The notes beneath the pieces were generated by a model. The model was not told where the DNA came from. It saw only the letters and a program-made list of their open reading frames with translations, and made no database searches. Both the position numbers and the translations under genes were made by a program. Below are positions 13,306-25,561 of a stretch of 64,000 bases of DNA, piece by piece; position 1 is the first letter of the stretch, and the number at the start of each line of letters is the position of its first letter. Source of the DNA: Paraspadella gotoi (lineage: Eukaryota > Animalia > Chaetognatha); assembly GCA_051294375.1 (NCBI GenBank), contig CM119265.1, positions 29,361,751 through 29,425,750 of the forward strand. Reading direction: 5' to 3'.

Positions 13306-13775
13306 ATTTTGTAGAAAAAGAAAAAAATAAAGATAAAATAAAGAAAAAAAAAATAATTTTTTTTGGAGGAAAAAGAAATAAAATTTCTTTTTTTAAAAAT
13401 GAAAATTGTTCAGAAAAAAGAAATATTTAAGTCAGTCGGCTAATATTTTTTTTTTTTTTTTTTTTTGAAAATTTAAAAGCTTTTGATATACATTTTAATG
13501 AAAAATACAGAAAAAAAGAGAAATGATCTAATTGGTAAATGTTCTTTCGTTCAATTATCAAAAAAATTTTGCTAAAGCTGTTTAAACTTTTGAATCAGTT
13601 AAAATACTTTTTTTCAAATTGAAATAAAGTTAACTCGTTCTCTTATTCTCAAATTAAAACTTTTCCCAGACTGTTTCCTTCTCTATCTCTCTTCCTCCTC
13701 TTCGGCGAGAAAAAGCTCATGTCCACCCAATTTTGTTTTTGTTGTTTACTCCATTTTGCAGGCGAGAAAAAAAAG

Positions 13776-13835
<60 letters not shown>

Positions 13836-13937
13836 GAGAGAGAGAGCAGTGTTGCGGTTTTTTCTCCGAGGCGGAACCAGTTTAGTGAGTTAGCGACTCA
13901 AGTTGAATGAGATCTTGTCTTGTTTTGTCGGGAAAAT

Positions 13938-14016
<79 letters not shown>

Positions 14017-14273
14017 CTGCAAAGAAAGAGAAAGATTGAGAAAGAGAGAAAGAAAGAAAAAGGATTGCGTCAATTTTTCTCGAGACAAAAAAAGAAAAAC
14101 ATATTTCTGTGCGAATTGTAATTGTTAGTCTGTTCGTTAAAACTATATACTACTATATTTTGTGTTATTTAATAAGTATAATAGTATTTAGATACTAGTG
14201 CGGATCTAATACTTAAAGAGAAACATTCTTTGAAATATTTTTTAACTTCATTCCTAAGAAAGCCCGGTACTCT

Positions 14274-14445
14274 GGGAGTGAATAAAGAGACTGTGGGATA
14301 GTCTTGATTGAAAACTTGAAGGGACCTGCTATCTCTTTATTTTGATGGAGGCCTGAAACCACCAAAGCTTGTCCAAAGTCAGGGGGAAGATAGCTTGTTT
14401 ATTAAATTAATGGATAATTTTTATATTGGTTGTACCAATTAATAT
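14274..14445 (+). repeat. Dispersed repeat of unknown class, 4 copies in the window
   Basis: The core aaaccaccaaagc.tgtccaaagtcagggg.aagatagctt.tttatt...ggataatttttatattggttgtaccaatt recurs inverted at ~20735-20915 and ~21000-21110, and direct at ~62075-62192. Confidence 0.75.
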
Positions 14446-15484
14446 GACTAGTTCAAACTAAGACTACCTAAAACATAACTTGTTGAGAGCATCTTGTAAA
14501 TGGCAGATAAGAAAGAAGAGGTTCTATTTTTTTCTCTCTTTCCACTTTCTTTTTCTCTTTCTCTCTTTCCACTTTCTCTTGCTAATTGGATTTCATCGTA
14601 AGAAATATGAGCCAAGGGTTGTGTCCCGTTTTCCTTCGCCTAAGGAAACTTGGAAAATGGCATTTTTCCTCGAGGTAATGGCATTTGCCATCGAGGTGAA
14701 GGCAAACAAGGCAAAAGAGCAAAGGTGCCATCAAGCTCAACAAAGAGAGAAAGAACAAAAGTGCTATTTTACAACTATGAATATAATAGTGGCCAAAACT
14801 GAATCTATGCCAATTGCGTTTAATCTTTAATTATTTTATTGATTATGGATTATCCAGTTAAAATAACTATAATATTCGATCCGTATTATAACGTTTTTTT
14901 TTCTATTCTTCTTCTATTCCCGTTTTTTTCTTTGTATAATCTCAATTCTTCTATTCTCTTCTAATCTCTCATTTCTGGAGTTCTATTCTTTTTTTCCTCT
15001 GTTCTCTTTTCCTCTATTCTATTCTTTCTCTATTCTTTTCTTTCTAATCTTCTTCTACTTTTTTGCTCTTCTGTTCCCCTCTATACTCTTTTATTTTTAT
15101 TCTTCCTATATTCTATATTTTTTATTCTCTTATATTATCTTTTTTCTATTCTTCTTCTACACTTCTATTATTTTCTATTGCCCTATATTTTGTTTCTTCT
15201 AATCTTTTTTATTCCTTTTTATTCTCTTCTATTCTATTTTATTCTTCTATTATTCTGTTCTCTTCTTTCCAAATTTCTTTTATCTGTCTTATTTTATAAT
15301 TGTCTTTCTTTTCTTCTTTTATTTTCTATTCTTCTACTCTCTTTTTTTCTTTGTCTATTCTATTTTCTTCTAATTTCTATTATTATTCTTCTATTGTCAG
15401 CTCCTTTTCTGCTGAAGACTTTTCTTACTTTTTCAATCTCCTCGCGTTTTTTCTCATGTTTTTTCTTAAACGTTTCCTTTCTCT

Positions 15485-15536
<52 letters not shown>

Positions 15537-15764
15537 TTCTTTCTTTTCCTCACATTTTGGAATTTTCTCAAATTCTCGTCTCAAAACGCGAAACCGAGCA
15601 TCCGTCGTAACCAGTCTCTCTCTCTGTCTCTCTCTTTCTCTTTCTCTATCTCTCTCTCGCTCGCTCTCTCTTGCTCACTCTCTCTCTCTCTTTGGTGAAA
15701 AGATTAAATTAGCCTTTATGGAAGAGTCTTTTGAAAATTTAAATTATCTTCCACCAAAATTTTA

Positions 15765-16012
15765 AATTCTCTCTCAAACCTTCAATTTTCAATTCTCTCT
15801 CAAACCTTCAATTTTCAATTCTCTCTCAAACTTTCAATTTTTAATTCTCTCTCAAACTTTCAATTTTCAATTCTCTCTCAAACCTTCAATTTTCAATTCT
15901 CTCTCAAACTTTCAATTTTCAATTCTCTCTCAAACCTTCAATTTTCAATTCTCTCTCAAACCTTCAATTTTCAATTCTCTCTCAAACCTTCAATTTTCAA
16001 TTCTCTCTCAAA
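15765..16012. repeat. 26-bp tandem repeat (AATTCTCTCTCAAACCTTCAATTTTC), about 9.5 copies
   Basis: Near-perfect copies. Confidence 0.95.
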
Positions 16013-16209
16013 GATTCAACACCAATTTTTTTTTAAATTTTCGTTTTTTTCCAGAATTCAATTTTAATCTTAATATTTAATCTAAATACGTTTTGAAACC
16101 TTTAAATCAATACCTAACTGTGATCCCTGAACCTTAAACACTAATTTTTAAATTAACCTCTAAACCTAAATGATAATCTCAAACCCTAATCCCAAACTAA
16201 ATCCCTCAC

Positions 16210-16335
16210 CTTAATCACTAACCTAATCTTTAAATCACTAACCAAACATTGAAATCACTAACCTAATCTTTAAATCACTAACCAAACATTTAAATCACTA
16301 ACCTAATCTTTAAATCACTAACTTAATCTTTAAAT
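16210..16335. repeat. 20-bp tandem repeat (TAAATCACTAACCTAATCTT)
   Basis: About 6 copies. Confidence 0.9.
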
Positions 16336-16469
16336 AAAAAAATCTAATTCAGAATTATAATTTCCTAACATTTTTTTATTTTCTTACATTTTCTGTCTCC
16401 TAACTCTTTCTATCTCCCGTCTCCGATTTATATGACTCCTCTGTTACCAAGGAAACCCGGTCCTTAAAA

Positions 16470-16503
<34 letters not shown>

Positions 16504-16598
16504 NNNNNNNNNNNNNNNNNNNNNNNNNAAGAGAGAGATGGTAAGAACTCTCTTCTCTCTCTCTTTCTCTCTCTCTCATCTATCTCTGCATCTCTCTC

Positions 16599-16634
<36 letters not shown>

Positions 16635-16963
16635 ATCATCTCTCTCTCTCTTATTAAAACAATGTTAAGACTGTAGAGTCCTCCAAGGATTGTGATGGAA
16701 TGGAAAGAAGGAAAGTCGAAAATTATCCTCTTTGGAAATTGATTAATGATGGGCGATTACCAGACAAAAGATATAAAAGAGATTTTTTATTCCCTTTCTT
16801 CATCTCATCTTCGTCTCCTCTCTCTCTCTCTCTTCTCTCTCTACTTTACAAAGTGCAAACGAGATTTTCGTGATTTTTTACAAAACAATTTAATGATTTT
16901 AAATGATTTAATTTGTTTAATATTTAATAATTATCCCAAATTAATCAATATCTTTTGTTTCAG

Positions 16964-17124
16964 GTCCGGGGCATCCGTGGTCGTGTCTTCAAAGTCATCT
17001 CCCTCCAAATGATTTTCGGCCCCGTGGTCAAGTGTCCAGCCAGCGTCCAGTTTCCCGCCAAAATTCGACCCGACCTTCCCTCACCCATCACTCCCGTGGC
17101 AAAGCCTTTCTTTCACTCCGAAGG
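16964..17124 (+). CDS. Exon C (end of Ig-like domain 1, start of Ig-like domain 2, Pro-rich stretch)
   Basis: tcttttgtttcag acceptor and gtaagg donor at 17125. Phase 0/2, GC-rich island. Open: VRGIRGRVFKVISLQMIFGPVVKCPASVQFPAKIRPDLPSPITPVAKPFFHSEG. Confidence 0.8.
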
Positions 17125-17577
17125 GTAAGGAAATAAGGAATGCTCTTTTGTTTAATTTCTTTATAGAACATTCATACTAATTATACATTTTAGTGGCCAT
17201 TATTATTACGAGGCAAAGAGATAGAGATATTTTTAGAAAGAGAGATATATTGTTTTCTTTCTTGCTCTTTTTTCCCAGTTTTTTTTTGTGGGTGCCACCC
17301 CACACTGAAAAGAATTATCTATTAAATATTTATACAAATAATTTTTATCTCTAAATTAAATCTTTGGTCATGCGACAACCGTCCAGTAATGAAATAATAA
17401 GTCAACAAATTAAATAATTAAATATACTTAAGTAAGTCTTGAAGTCAGATTCAATTTCGTCTCAACTCGATGGAAAACGGAAACAATTTTATTCTCTCGC
17501 TTTCAGTTTCTTTCCAGCGGAAGATAATGTTGTCTTCGTTGTTGTTGTTGTTGTGGTCTTCGTCGTCGTCGTCGTCG

Positions 17578-17611
<34 letters not shown>

Positions 17612-18774
17612 CGTCGTGGGTGTCGTTTTCGTCGTCTACGTCGTCGTCGTCTCCGTTGTTGTTTTGGTTAGAAATGTTGTTCCAATCAGCGAAAAGGTTT
17701 TGTGTTGCCTTTTTTTTCTTTTTCTCGCTTAGGATAAAATTGTAGCTTTATTATGTTTTGGTTTGATTGAGTAAAACAGTTGTAGTGTTTCGAATGTTTT
17801 GTTTCCTACCTTCATTTTCCCCGATTGTTTTATTTATTCGTGAAAGAAAACAGTTGATTAGTTTTGTTGAAAGATAGATTTTGTTGCTGTTGTTTCCTTC
17901 TTCATTTCTTATCTCTTCCTCTTCCTCCTCCTCCTCCTCTTCCTCCTCTTCAGTTTTTTCTTTCCTTTTCTTTTCTTTTTTTTCTTTCCTTTTTTTTTCT
18001 TTTCTTTTCCTTTCTTGTATTTTCTTTTCTTTTATTTTCCTTTCTTTTCTTCTCTTTCTTTTCTTTTCCCTTCTTTTTTATATTTTCTTTTTTTCCTTCT
18101 CTATTTTTTTCTTTTCTTTTCCCTTCTTGTCTTTTCTTTTCTTTTCTTTTATTTTCCTTTCTTGTCTTGTCTTGTCTTGTCTTGTCTTGTCTTGTCTTGT
18201 CTTGTCTTGTCTTTTCTTATCTTTTCGTTTCTTTTCTTTTCTTTTCTTTTCTTTTCTTTTCTTTTCTTTTATTTTCTTTTCTTTTCTTTTCTTTTCTTCT
18301 CTTTCCTTTTCTTTTTCCTTTTTTTTCCTTTTTTTAATTTCTTTTCTTTTCTTTTTTTTCTTTTCTTTTTCTTTCTTTTCTTTTCTTTTCTTTTCTTTTC
18401 TTTTCTTTTCTTTACCTTTCTTTTCTTTCCTACTTTTTTCCCTGTTTTAGTGTCGGCGCAAGTTCTACATTGACTCAACAAGTCGGTTTGTCCATATGTC
18501 TGTCTCATTTCTTTCAAAATGCCAATAACTCATACAATAATGGAGTTAGTTAATTATTAGACAATTCATTTACTACCTCGTGATCAAATGTCTCAATAAA
18601 AAAGTCACAGCTGAATCACATCTAGAACTTCCTGTCTCTTCTTTCAATATTTTTTTTCTTTTCTTTCTTTTTTCTTTCCTTTCCCAAAAAAAATATTTTG
18701 TCCAGAAGTTTATTGCGTCCATTTTTCTCTTGCTCAATTATCTTTCTATGTCTTGTCTTGGACAAATATGGTAA

Positions 18775-18900
18775 TTGTCCTCAATTTCTTTCTCCGCTTT
18801 GTCCTCAATTTCTTTCTCCGCTTTGTCCTCAATTTCTTTCTCCGCTTTGTCCTCAATTTCTTTCTCCGCTTTGTCCTCAATTTCTTTCTCCGCTTTGTCC
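18775..18900. repeat. 24-bp perfect tandem repeat (TTGTCCTCAATTTCTTTCTCCGCT) x5
   Basis: Directly visible. Confidence 0.95.
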
Positions 18901-19196
18901 CATCGCAGATGGAATCAGAACCAAAAATGGAATCGGATCCGCGACTCGGAGAGAATCAATCTGCCGGATTCCGGATTCGACTCTCTCATTGGACGAACCT
19001 TCAAGTGAATCCACCAATCACAAGATGGGCTTCATGCCATCGGGAAAACCAGTCCGTGTCGATGATCCGATTGCTATTTTGGTACTGATTCATTCGGCCT
19101 CAAATTCTGACACCGTCTTTGCTTGTCTGACATCTCAGAATTAAATGCACTTGTTGAATGTTGAAATGTTGAAATCCCTGTCTAAATATTTCAATG

Positions 19197-19242
19197 TGGT
19201 GGCAGCTGTGTAATTCGAACCCGCGCCCCCGAAGAGACTGGT
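19197..19242 (-). pseudogene. 3'-half tRNA-Leu retrocopy with encoded CCA
   Basis: The reverse complement ACCAGTCTCTTCGGGGGCGCGGGTTCGAATTACACAGCTGCCA-CCA matches the variable arm, T arm and acceptor 3' strand of eukaryotic tRNA-Leu(NAG), as recalled from the known sequence. The 5' half is absent. Confidence 0.75.
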
Positions 19243-19543
19243 CCCAGTTTATTGTCTTTCGTTCTCAATCTATCAATTCTTAAAGAGTCGTCTCTTTCCT
19301 TAAAGAGTCTTCTCTTTCCTCCCTCTATTTGCACCTTCATCCATCTCTCCCATCCTTCACCCTCTCCCCTTCTCCTCCCTCCCCTCTCTTCCCTCCACCC
19401 TCTCCTCTCAATTCCCCCTTCCTCCCTCCCCTCTCTCTCCCTCCACCCTCTCCCTCTCTCTCCCCTTTTCTCCCTCCCCCTTAATTCTCCTGCTCTTTTG
19501 TTTATGAACCAAATCTGCAGCGATAAGCATCCGATAGGTTTCG

Positions 19544-19574
<31 letters not shown>

Positions 19575-19765
19575 CTCCTCTCTCTTCTCTCTCCTCTCTT
19601 CTCTCTCTCTCTCTCCTCTCTCTCTCCCGCTCTCTCTTCTGTTATGAATCTCATTTTTTTTCTTTCTTTTTTTGGGTTCATTTTTTCCCTCTTATCTCTC
19701 TTTGTTTTTCTGCCTGGGCAATTTTGTTTTGACGCGCGCGTTGATAGAGAGAGAGAGAGAGAAAC

Positions 19766-19812
<47 letters not shown>

Positions 19813-20540
19813 CAGAGCCTTGATAGTTCTGGGACCTCCAGGTTTTGGCAACAATGAGTACAGGTGTTGATTTCCTCACAAAAGGAAATGGTTCCATTGG
19901 TTTCTTGCAATGGCTGAGCCAAATCCTTTGTGGACGAAACCAGGTGACTCCATTGCGGATTCTGGCCTCAAATTTGATGGAATCGTCAAGAGGCAATCGT
20001 CATCATGAGCGGCATTTGTTTTCATGACTGGCATTTTTCATCTTTGGTGTCATTTGTCATCATACGTTGCATTTGTCACCAAATTTATATATAACAAACG
20101 TCTTTATATTCTACATATTTGTTTTTATGATACGCACTGCTTTGGAATTCCGTCTTTTTTTCTTTATAGTTTTAAGAATTCCTGAAAGCAACGCCAGCAG
20201 TCTCTTAGATTTGATATTTTTGTCTGTCTTAACAAATGAGCAACCCACGTTATGCAACTTATGAGCATTTGTTACGTAAGTGGGACAGACCGACTGACAA
20301 ACATACCGACCGACCGACCAACCAACCAACCTACCGACAGACCGACTGACAAAAAATTGACTGCTCGAGTACTCTCGGCGCAGCCAAAGAGTGAGAGAGA
20401 CAGAGAGAGAGATATATATATATATATTATTTTTCCCACATGTTATTTCGTCTTTAATTTTTTCTTCTTTCTCAGTAATTTATTAATAACTGAAACTCCC
20501 TTAATTTAATAAAATATATTTACTTTTTTTATTTCAACAG

Positions 20541-20673
20541 CGCCGGACCTGCCGGAACTGCCGGTTCAGCCGGAACTGCCGGTGCTGCCGGAACTGCCGG
20601 TTCAGCCGGCTCTGACATCGCTCGGTCAAAACGTCGAATCGAATTTGTTGGCAAAGATCAGATTCCGATTGAG
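20541..20673 (+). CDS. Exon D (Ala-Gly-X repeat and RSKR furin-type site)
   Basis: tttttatttcaacag acceptor and gtaaga donor at 20674. Phase 2/0. Open: AGPAGTAGSAGTAGAAGTAGSAGSDIARSKRRIEFVGKDQIPIE. Confidence 0.8.
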
Positions 20674-22669
20674 GTAAGAAAAATGTTATATTATAAATCA
20701 TATTATATTCAAGATTGTTATATCACCTTTAACAATGAAATTGGTACAAACAATTTAAAATTATCCAATCATTCAATAAATAAGCTATCTTGCCCCTGAT
20801 TTGGACAGACTTTGGTGGTTTAAGGCCTCCATCACTCTTCCAAGATAATGACACAGCAGGTCACTGCAAGCTTTCAATCAAGACTTTCTCACAGACTTGT
20901 TTATTCACTCCCTTAAGTAATAGATCGGGGAATACTATATTGTACTCCGCCTAGCATCAAAATACAACTTTATACAATTACAAGGAGCTGAATTTTATGA
21001 AATTGGTACGGACAACCAATATAAAAATTATCCATTCATTTAATAAATAAGCAATCTTGCCCGTGACTTTGGACAGGCTTTGGTGGTTTAAGGCCTCAAT
21101 CACTCTCTATCACTCATATTAATAAATTTTTAAAACCCAATGAACTAATTTAAAAAGTTGCATTGAAAATCTATTTAGTAGAATTTTTCAATTTAGACCC
21201 GCCTTATTACATATTTATTTATACAGACATTTTATCGCCTATAATTTAATTTTCTGCAATGGAAAGATTTTCCTCTTGTACAGAGCGACATAAGTGGGAC
21301 TTCACTTGTTAAGAGGAACACAACAAAGTGATAGAGGAGGAGGAAGAGGAGAGGAGGAGGAGGAGGAGGAGGACGAGGAGGAGGAGGACGACGACGACAA
21401 CAATGCTTTTCCTCTTGAAAAGGACGGAATAAAAGACTCTTACTCCTCGTTCTTTTATTTTGAGTCGTTGTTGTTATCTTATGTTGCATGTTTTTTACTG
21501 GGTTGTTTCCATCTTCATAATTTTTGTAAAAAAAATATCGACGAACTATTGGCGAGAACATTTTCATCATCATCTAAAAGATGATGAAAAAGTCTAAGCA
21601 AAGGCTTCAGCATCATATGTTACCATAGAATTTCATCCCGTAATTTGTTTTCCTGATACTGTATATTTTAAAAATACAACTAGATTAATGTAATTTAATT
21701 TTTGTATTTCAAAGGGAACGTCTTATCTTTTAATATTTTTATACAGTATGATGATGTAAGTAACTTACAGACAGGATTTGGGTGTTGGACCGACGAACCG
21801 ACAAAGTGGATTATAAAACCGGAATCTGCTGTAAGCTGTAAGCTGTAAGCTTACAGAAGATTCCGGTTAAAAAAACATTTAAGGGACAGAGAACTTCTTG
21901 GCCTTAAGAGTTATATTTAATGTCTTTTCTAAATTTTCTCCGGAGTATAAATTTTGAATTAAAAATATATATAAAGCAAAATAAAAACAAAGAAAAAGAA
22001 AAAAATATGAAAAGAATTTATGTGAAAAAAAAAACGAAAGTGAAAAAGTCCTTCACGTCGTAAATCGTGACTTTGAAAAAATTCGCCCGGAAGTGAAAGA
22101 AGAATCACTCGTCCCAAGTGAACATCTTTGACGTCGTCCTCTTCGTCGTCGTCGTCGTCACAGTAGTCGTCGTCTTCGTCGTCGTTGTCGTCGTCGTTGT
22201 CGTCATGAGCGACGAAATTAACTGCGTTTTCTTCAATCGAGATATAGAGATAGAGGCACGCAGAAGGAGAGACAGAGAGGAAGGGAGATAGACAGAGAAA
22301 ACAGAGAGAGAGAGGGGCACTCAGTAAAAGAGACAGAGACAGAGTTAGGGGAGAAAAAACAGAGTGGTAAAGTAAATGTAATGGAATTATCAAACTTGAG
22401 AAAAATATTTTTTTCTCCTTTTTCTTTGCAATTTATACAATTCTTTCTTTACTCATTTTCTTTGTCTCCTTCGAACACCTAACCCACACAGTCCTATTCC
22501 CCACACTAAACCAATCCACACCGACCTATTGGCCACACTTAAACCCACAAATGCTTTTTCTCCCTAGCTTTTACCCATAGTCGAACCGCATAGTCCGAGG
22601 ACCAAACAGATAATGGTATTCAATATTTACGATCTTTTATTCATGAGCAAAAAAAAAAGAGCATCCCTT

Positions 22670-23070
22670 CCTTCCTTTGGGTATGTCTTCTCTTTTTCTT
22701 CGGTATGTCTTCTCCTTCCCTTCGGTATGTCATCTCCTTCCCTTCGGTATGTCTTCTTTTTCCCTTCGATATGTTTTCTTCCCTTCGGAATGTCTTCTCC
22801 TTCTCTTTAGTATCTCTTCTCCTTCCCTTCAGTATGTCTTATCCTTCCCTTTAATATGTCTTCTTCCCTTCAATATTTCTTCTTCCCTTTGGTATGTCTT
22901 CTCCTTTCCTTTGGTATGTCTTTTCCTTCCCTTCGGTATGTCTTCTTCTTGTCTTCGGTTTGTCTTCTTCCCTTTGGTATGTCTTCTCCTTACCTTCGGT
23001 ATGTCTTCCCCTTCCCTTTGGTATGTCTTCTCCTTCTCTTCGGTATGTGTTCTCTTTCCCTTCGGTGTGT
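22670..23070. repeat. ~22-bp minisatellite (CGGTATGTCTTCTCCTTCCCTT)
   Basis: About 17 degenerate copies. Confidence 0.9.
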
Positions 23071-25067
23071 CCTTGCCTTCTCCCTGTTTTTACTCCCATC
23101 ATATTGTCCCTTCTGTATCTTTCCTTTTTTTCTTTTTAATATTTCTCTATTTCTTCAGATTAATATTTAATTTGCATTTTCCATTTTCCTCCAACTTTCC
23201 TCTCTCCTCCCTTGTTCCTTCTCACCGTCCCCATTCCTCCTTTTCTCCCTCTCTCCCCTTCTCCCTTCTCTTCTCACTTTCCTTTTCCCACTCTCCCCCT
23301 CTCCGTCCCTTACTCCGTCTCTCCTTCACCTTTTCTCCCCTTCTCCCTCCCCCTTCCTCCCCTTCTCCCTCCCTTTCTTCCTCTCCTTCTTCCTTCCCCT
23401 TTTCCCCTTCTCCCTCCCCTTCTTCTTCTTCCTCTTTTTTCATGAGGCGAGAAAAGGACATGGAGCGACGGGACATTTGGTTCTTCTATGGGCGCCCGTT
23501 AAAAGAGGGGAGGAATAAGAGAGGGAAAATTAGGGAAAGTAGGAAGAATAAAAGGAAAAAGAGGGGAGATTAGAATAACGGATTAAGTTTGATTTGAAAG
23601 CGAAGAAAGTAAATTATGATTAATAAGCTATTGTATGGTTTAAATGTAATACAAAGGATTAACAATATCAGAAGCTAATATTAAAGTAATATTCGTCAAA
23701 AAATGAAATTTGTTTTTTGATTACTATAACTCTACAATCTGCTGGTTGAATTTTCAAGATTTTCATTCTTTTTGCAATTCCTTCTGGATTGCATCAACAC
23801 CATGGATTCTTTTTTCTCCACAAGAGTCGAAGGATTTTCTTACCTCCGGCCTCCCCATCGGCCCTCCCAGCTTCAGTCGGGGACGCGTCCCATCTGTCAT
23901 ACTCCCGACTGTCCCGGCTCGCGCCGGCCTCTCCTGAAAATTGGAACCCCGGTGAACAGGCGCTGTACTGGCACTTGTCCACCACCTTGCCGACGATGGC
24001 TAGAGCCGTTGCACAAGCGCGGCTTCGCGATGACCATGATGCAAGAGCCGTGAAAAAGGCCATACAATGATTGAGGACGGGCCCGCCCGGTCCAACACGT
24101 TCGAGCAGCAAACTCCTCCCCACTCCGTGACGCCGCGCGGCGGGTTAAAAGTATCCCGCGCCCGCATGCACCGTCGAGCTCTGATGAGTCATTCCCGCAC
24201 TGAGAAGTACTTCATCTGCCGCGTCAATTCCCGCTAAAAGACCGTTCCTCTGAATGACATACCATGAGACCGGCTATACGAAAGCGGACCGCAATGTGAA
24301 TGACCATCGGCCACATCCACTAGAAACCCGCTGACAACTCGTCTTCTCGGATGCACTAATCCAATGATTAAGACCTCATGAAAAGGACGCATTGACTGAC
24401 ACGCAGTGAACGACCGTGAAAGGCGTGAGATTATTGAGTGAGAACCGGTGAAAGGCAATGACATGATAAGACTTGGTTATAAGGCGGTAATAAACACTGA
24501 TATTGAGGTAACCCCCGGCGAAAGCACAGTATACCTGATGAGACCTGAAAGGCGTACTCCGCATGAGTCATGATGAGACTGCTGAAAGGGACTGGGCCCT
24601 CGGCGTGATGACCATGAATCGAGATCCGTGAAAGGCGATGACACGCTGGACTGAGGAAGACTCATGACACACCAAAGGACCTCGTGCAGCGCGGCCGACT
24701 CCGCGGTGTGAAGGTTTGTTAATATGGCTCCTTGGGACACCCAACCCCACGAACGAAATCTGTGAAACGATTCTTACGACATATCAATATGACAATTTCA
24801 AACTTAACCAAGTTGATACACTATATATATATATGTTTAATGAATACTTCTATTAATATATTAAATTTATTAATGTTTTTATTATTAAATTATATTTCTG
24901 ATTATCAATATTCTAATTGATCTAAATCATTATTGGTATTGGGATGTGAGTGATGTCTTCTGGAATTAGAGAGATCGTCGGTACAATTGAAGTTTATATG
25001 ACTCTCCAGGTTGATTTCCTCCAGTTTCAACATTTTCGTCTAACTCGAGTCTTTAGGAAGAATATCT

Positions 25068-25215
25068 TATAGACGGAAACCGTGTCCGACTTTAATTAAT
25101 TTAATTAATTAATTAATTTAATTAATTAATTATAGACGGAAACCGTGTCCGACTTTAATTAATTTAATTAATTTAATTAATTAATTATAGACGGAAACCG
25201 TGTCCGAGTTTAATT
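25068..25215. repeat. Three tandem copies of TATAGACGGAAACCGTGTCCGA separated by (TAAT)n
   Basis: Directly visible. Confidence 0.9.
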
Positions 25216-25277
25216 AATTTTTATCATATATTTTTTCATTGATTTTATTTCTACATTTTCTCTTTTCTTTCTTCCAG

Positions 25278-25561
25278 AGGCGACCGCGTCGTCAAGGTCG
25301 TCGTCATAGCAACGAAGCCGCCGCCGCCTCCGCCTCCGCCGTCGCCGCAGACACGCCCACTCGCCGCCGACGCAAACAACGAGGACGCAGCTTTTACGCG
25401 CAGCCTGGCGTCCGTTCACGCGCCCCTCACACTTTGGGTGAAGTGAACGCGCTCGGTCTGGTCACGTGCGATATCTTGAGTTATCCTCACATCACACTCT
25501 CAAACATCGTGTGTGAACTCATCACAGAAGCGTTCGTTCTGCCAAAGAACTTCACTTTCAG
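25278..25561 (+). CDS. Exon E (Arg-rich linker, then Ig-like domain 2 strands B-C)
   Basis: Long pyrimidine tract plus cag acceptor; gtcagc donor at 25562. Phase 0/2, inside ORF 25239-25652. RRPRRQGRR...TRRRRKQR...LVTCDILSYPHITLSNIVCELITEAFVLPKNFTFR parallels VTCDVHANPTPPLKNMSWSI of exon A. Confidence 0.8.

Noticed and set aside
25068-25215. CRISPR-like repeat-spacer pattern
   Set aside because: The spacers are (TAAT)n rather than unique, there are no cas genes, and the context is a eukaryotic intron.
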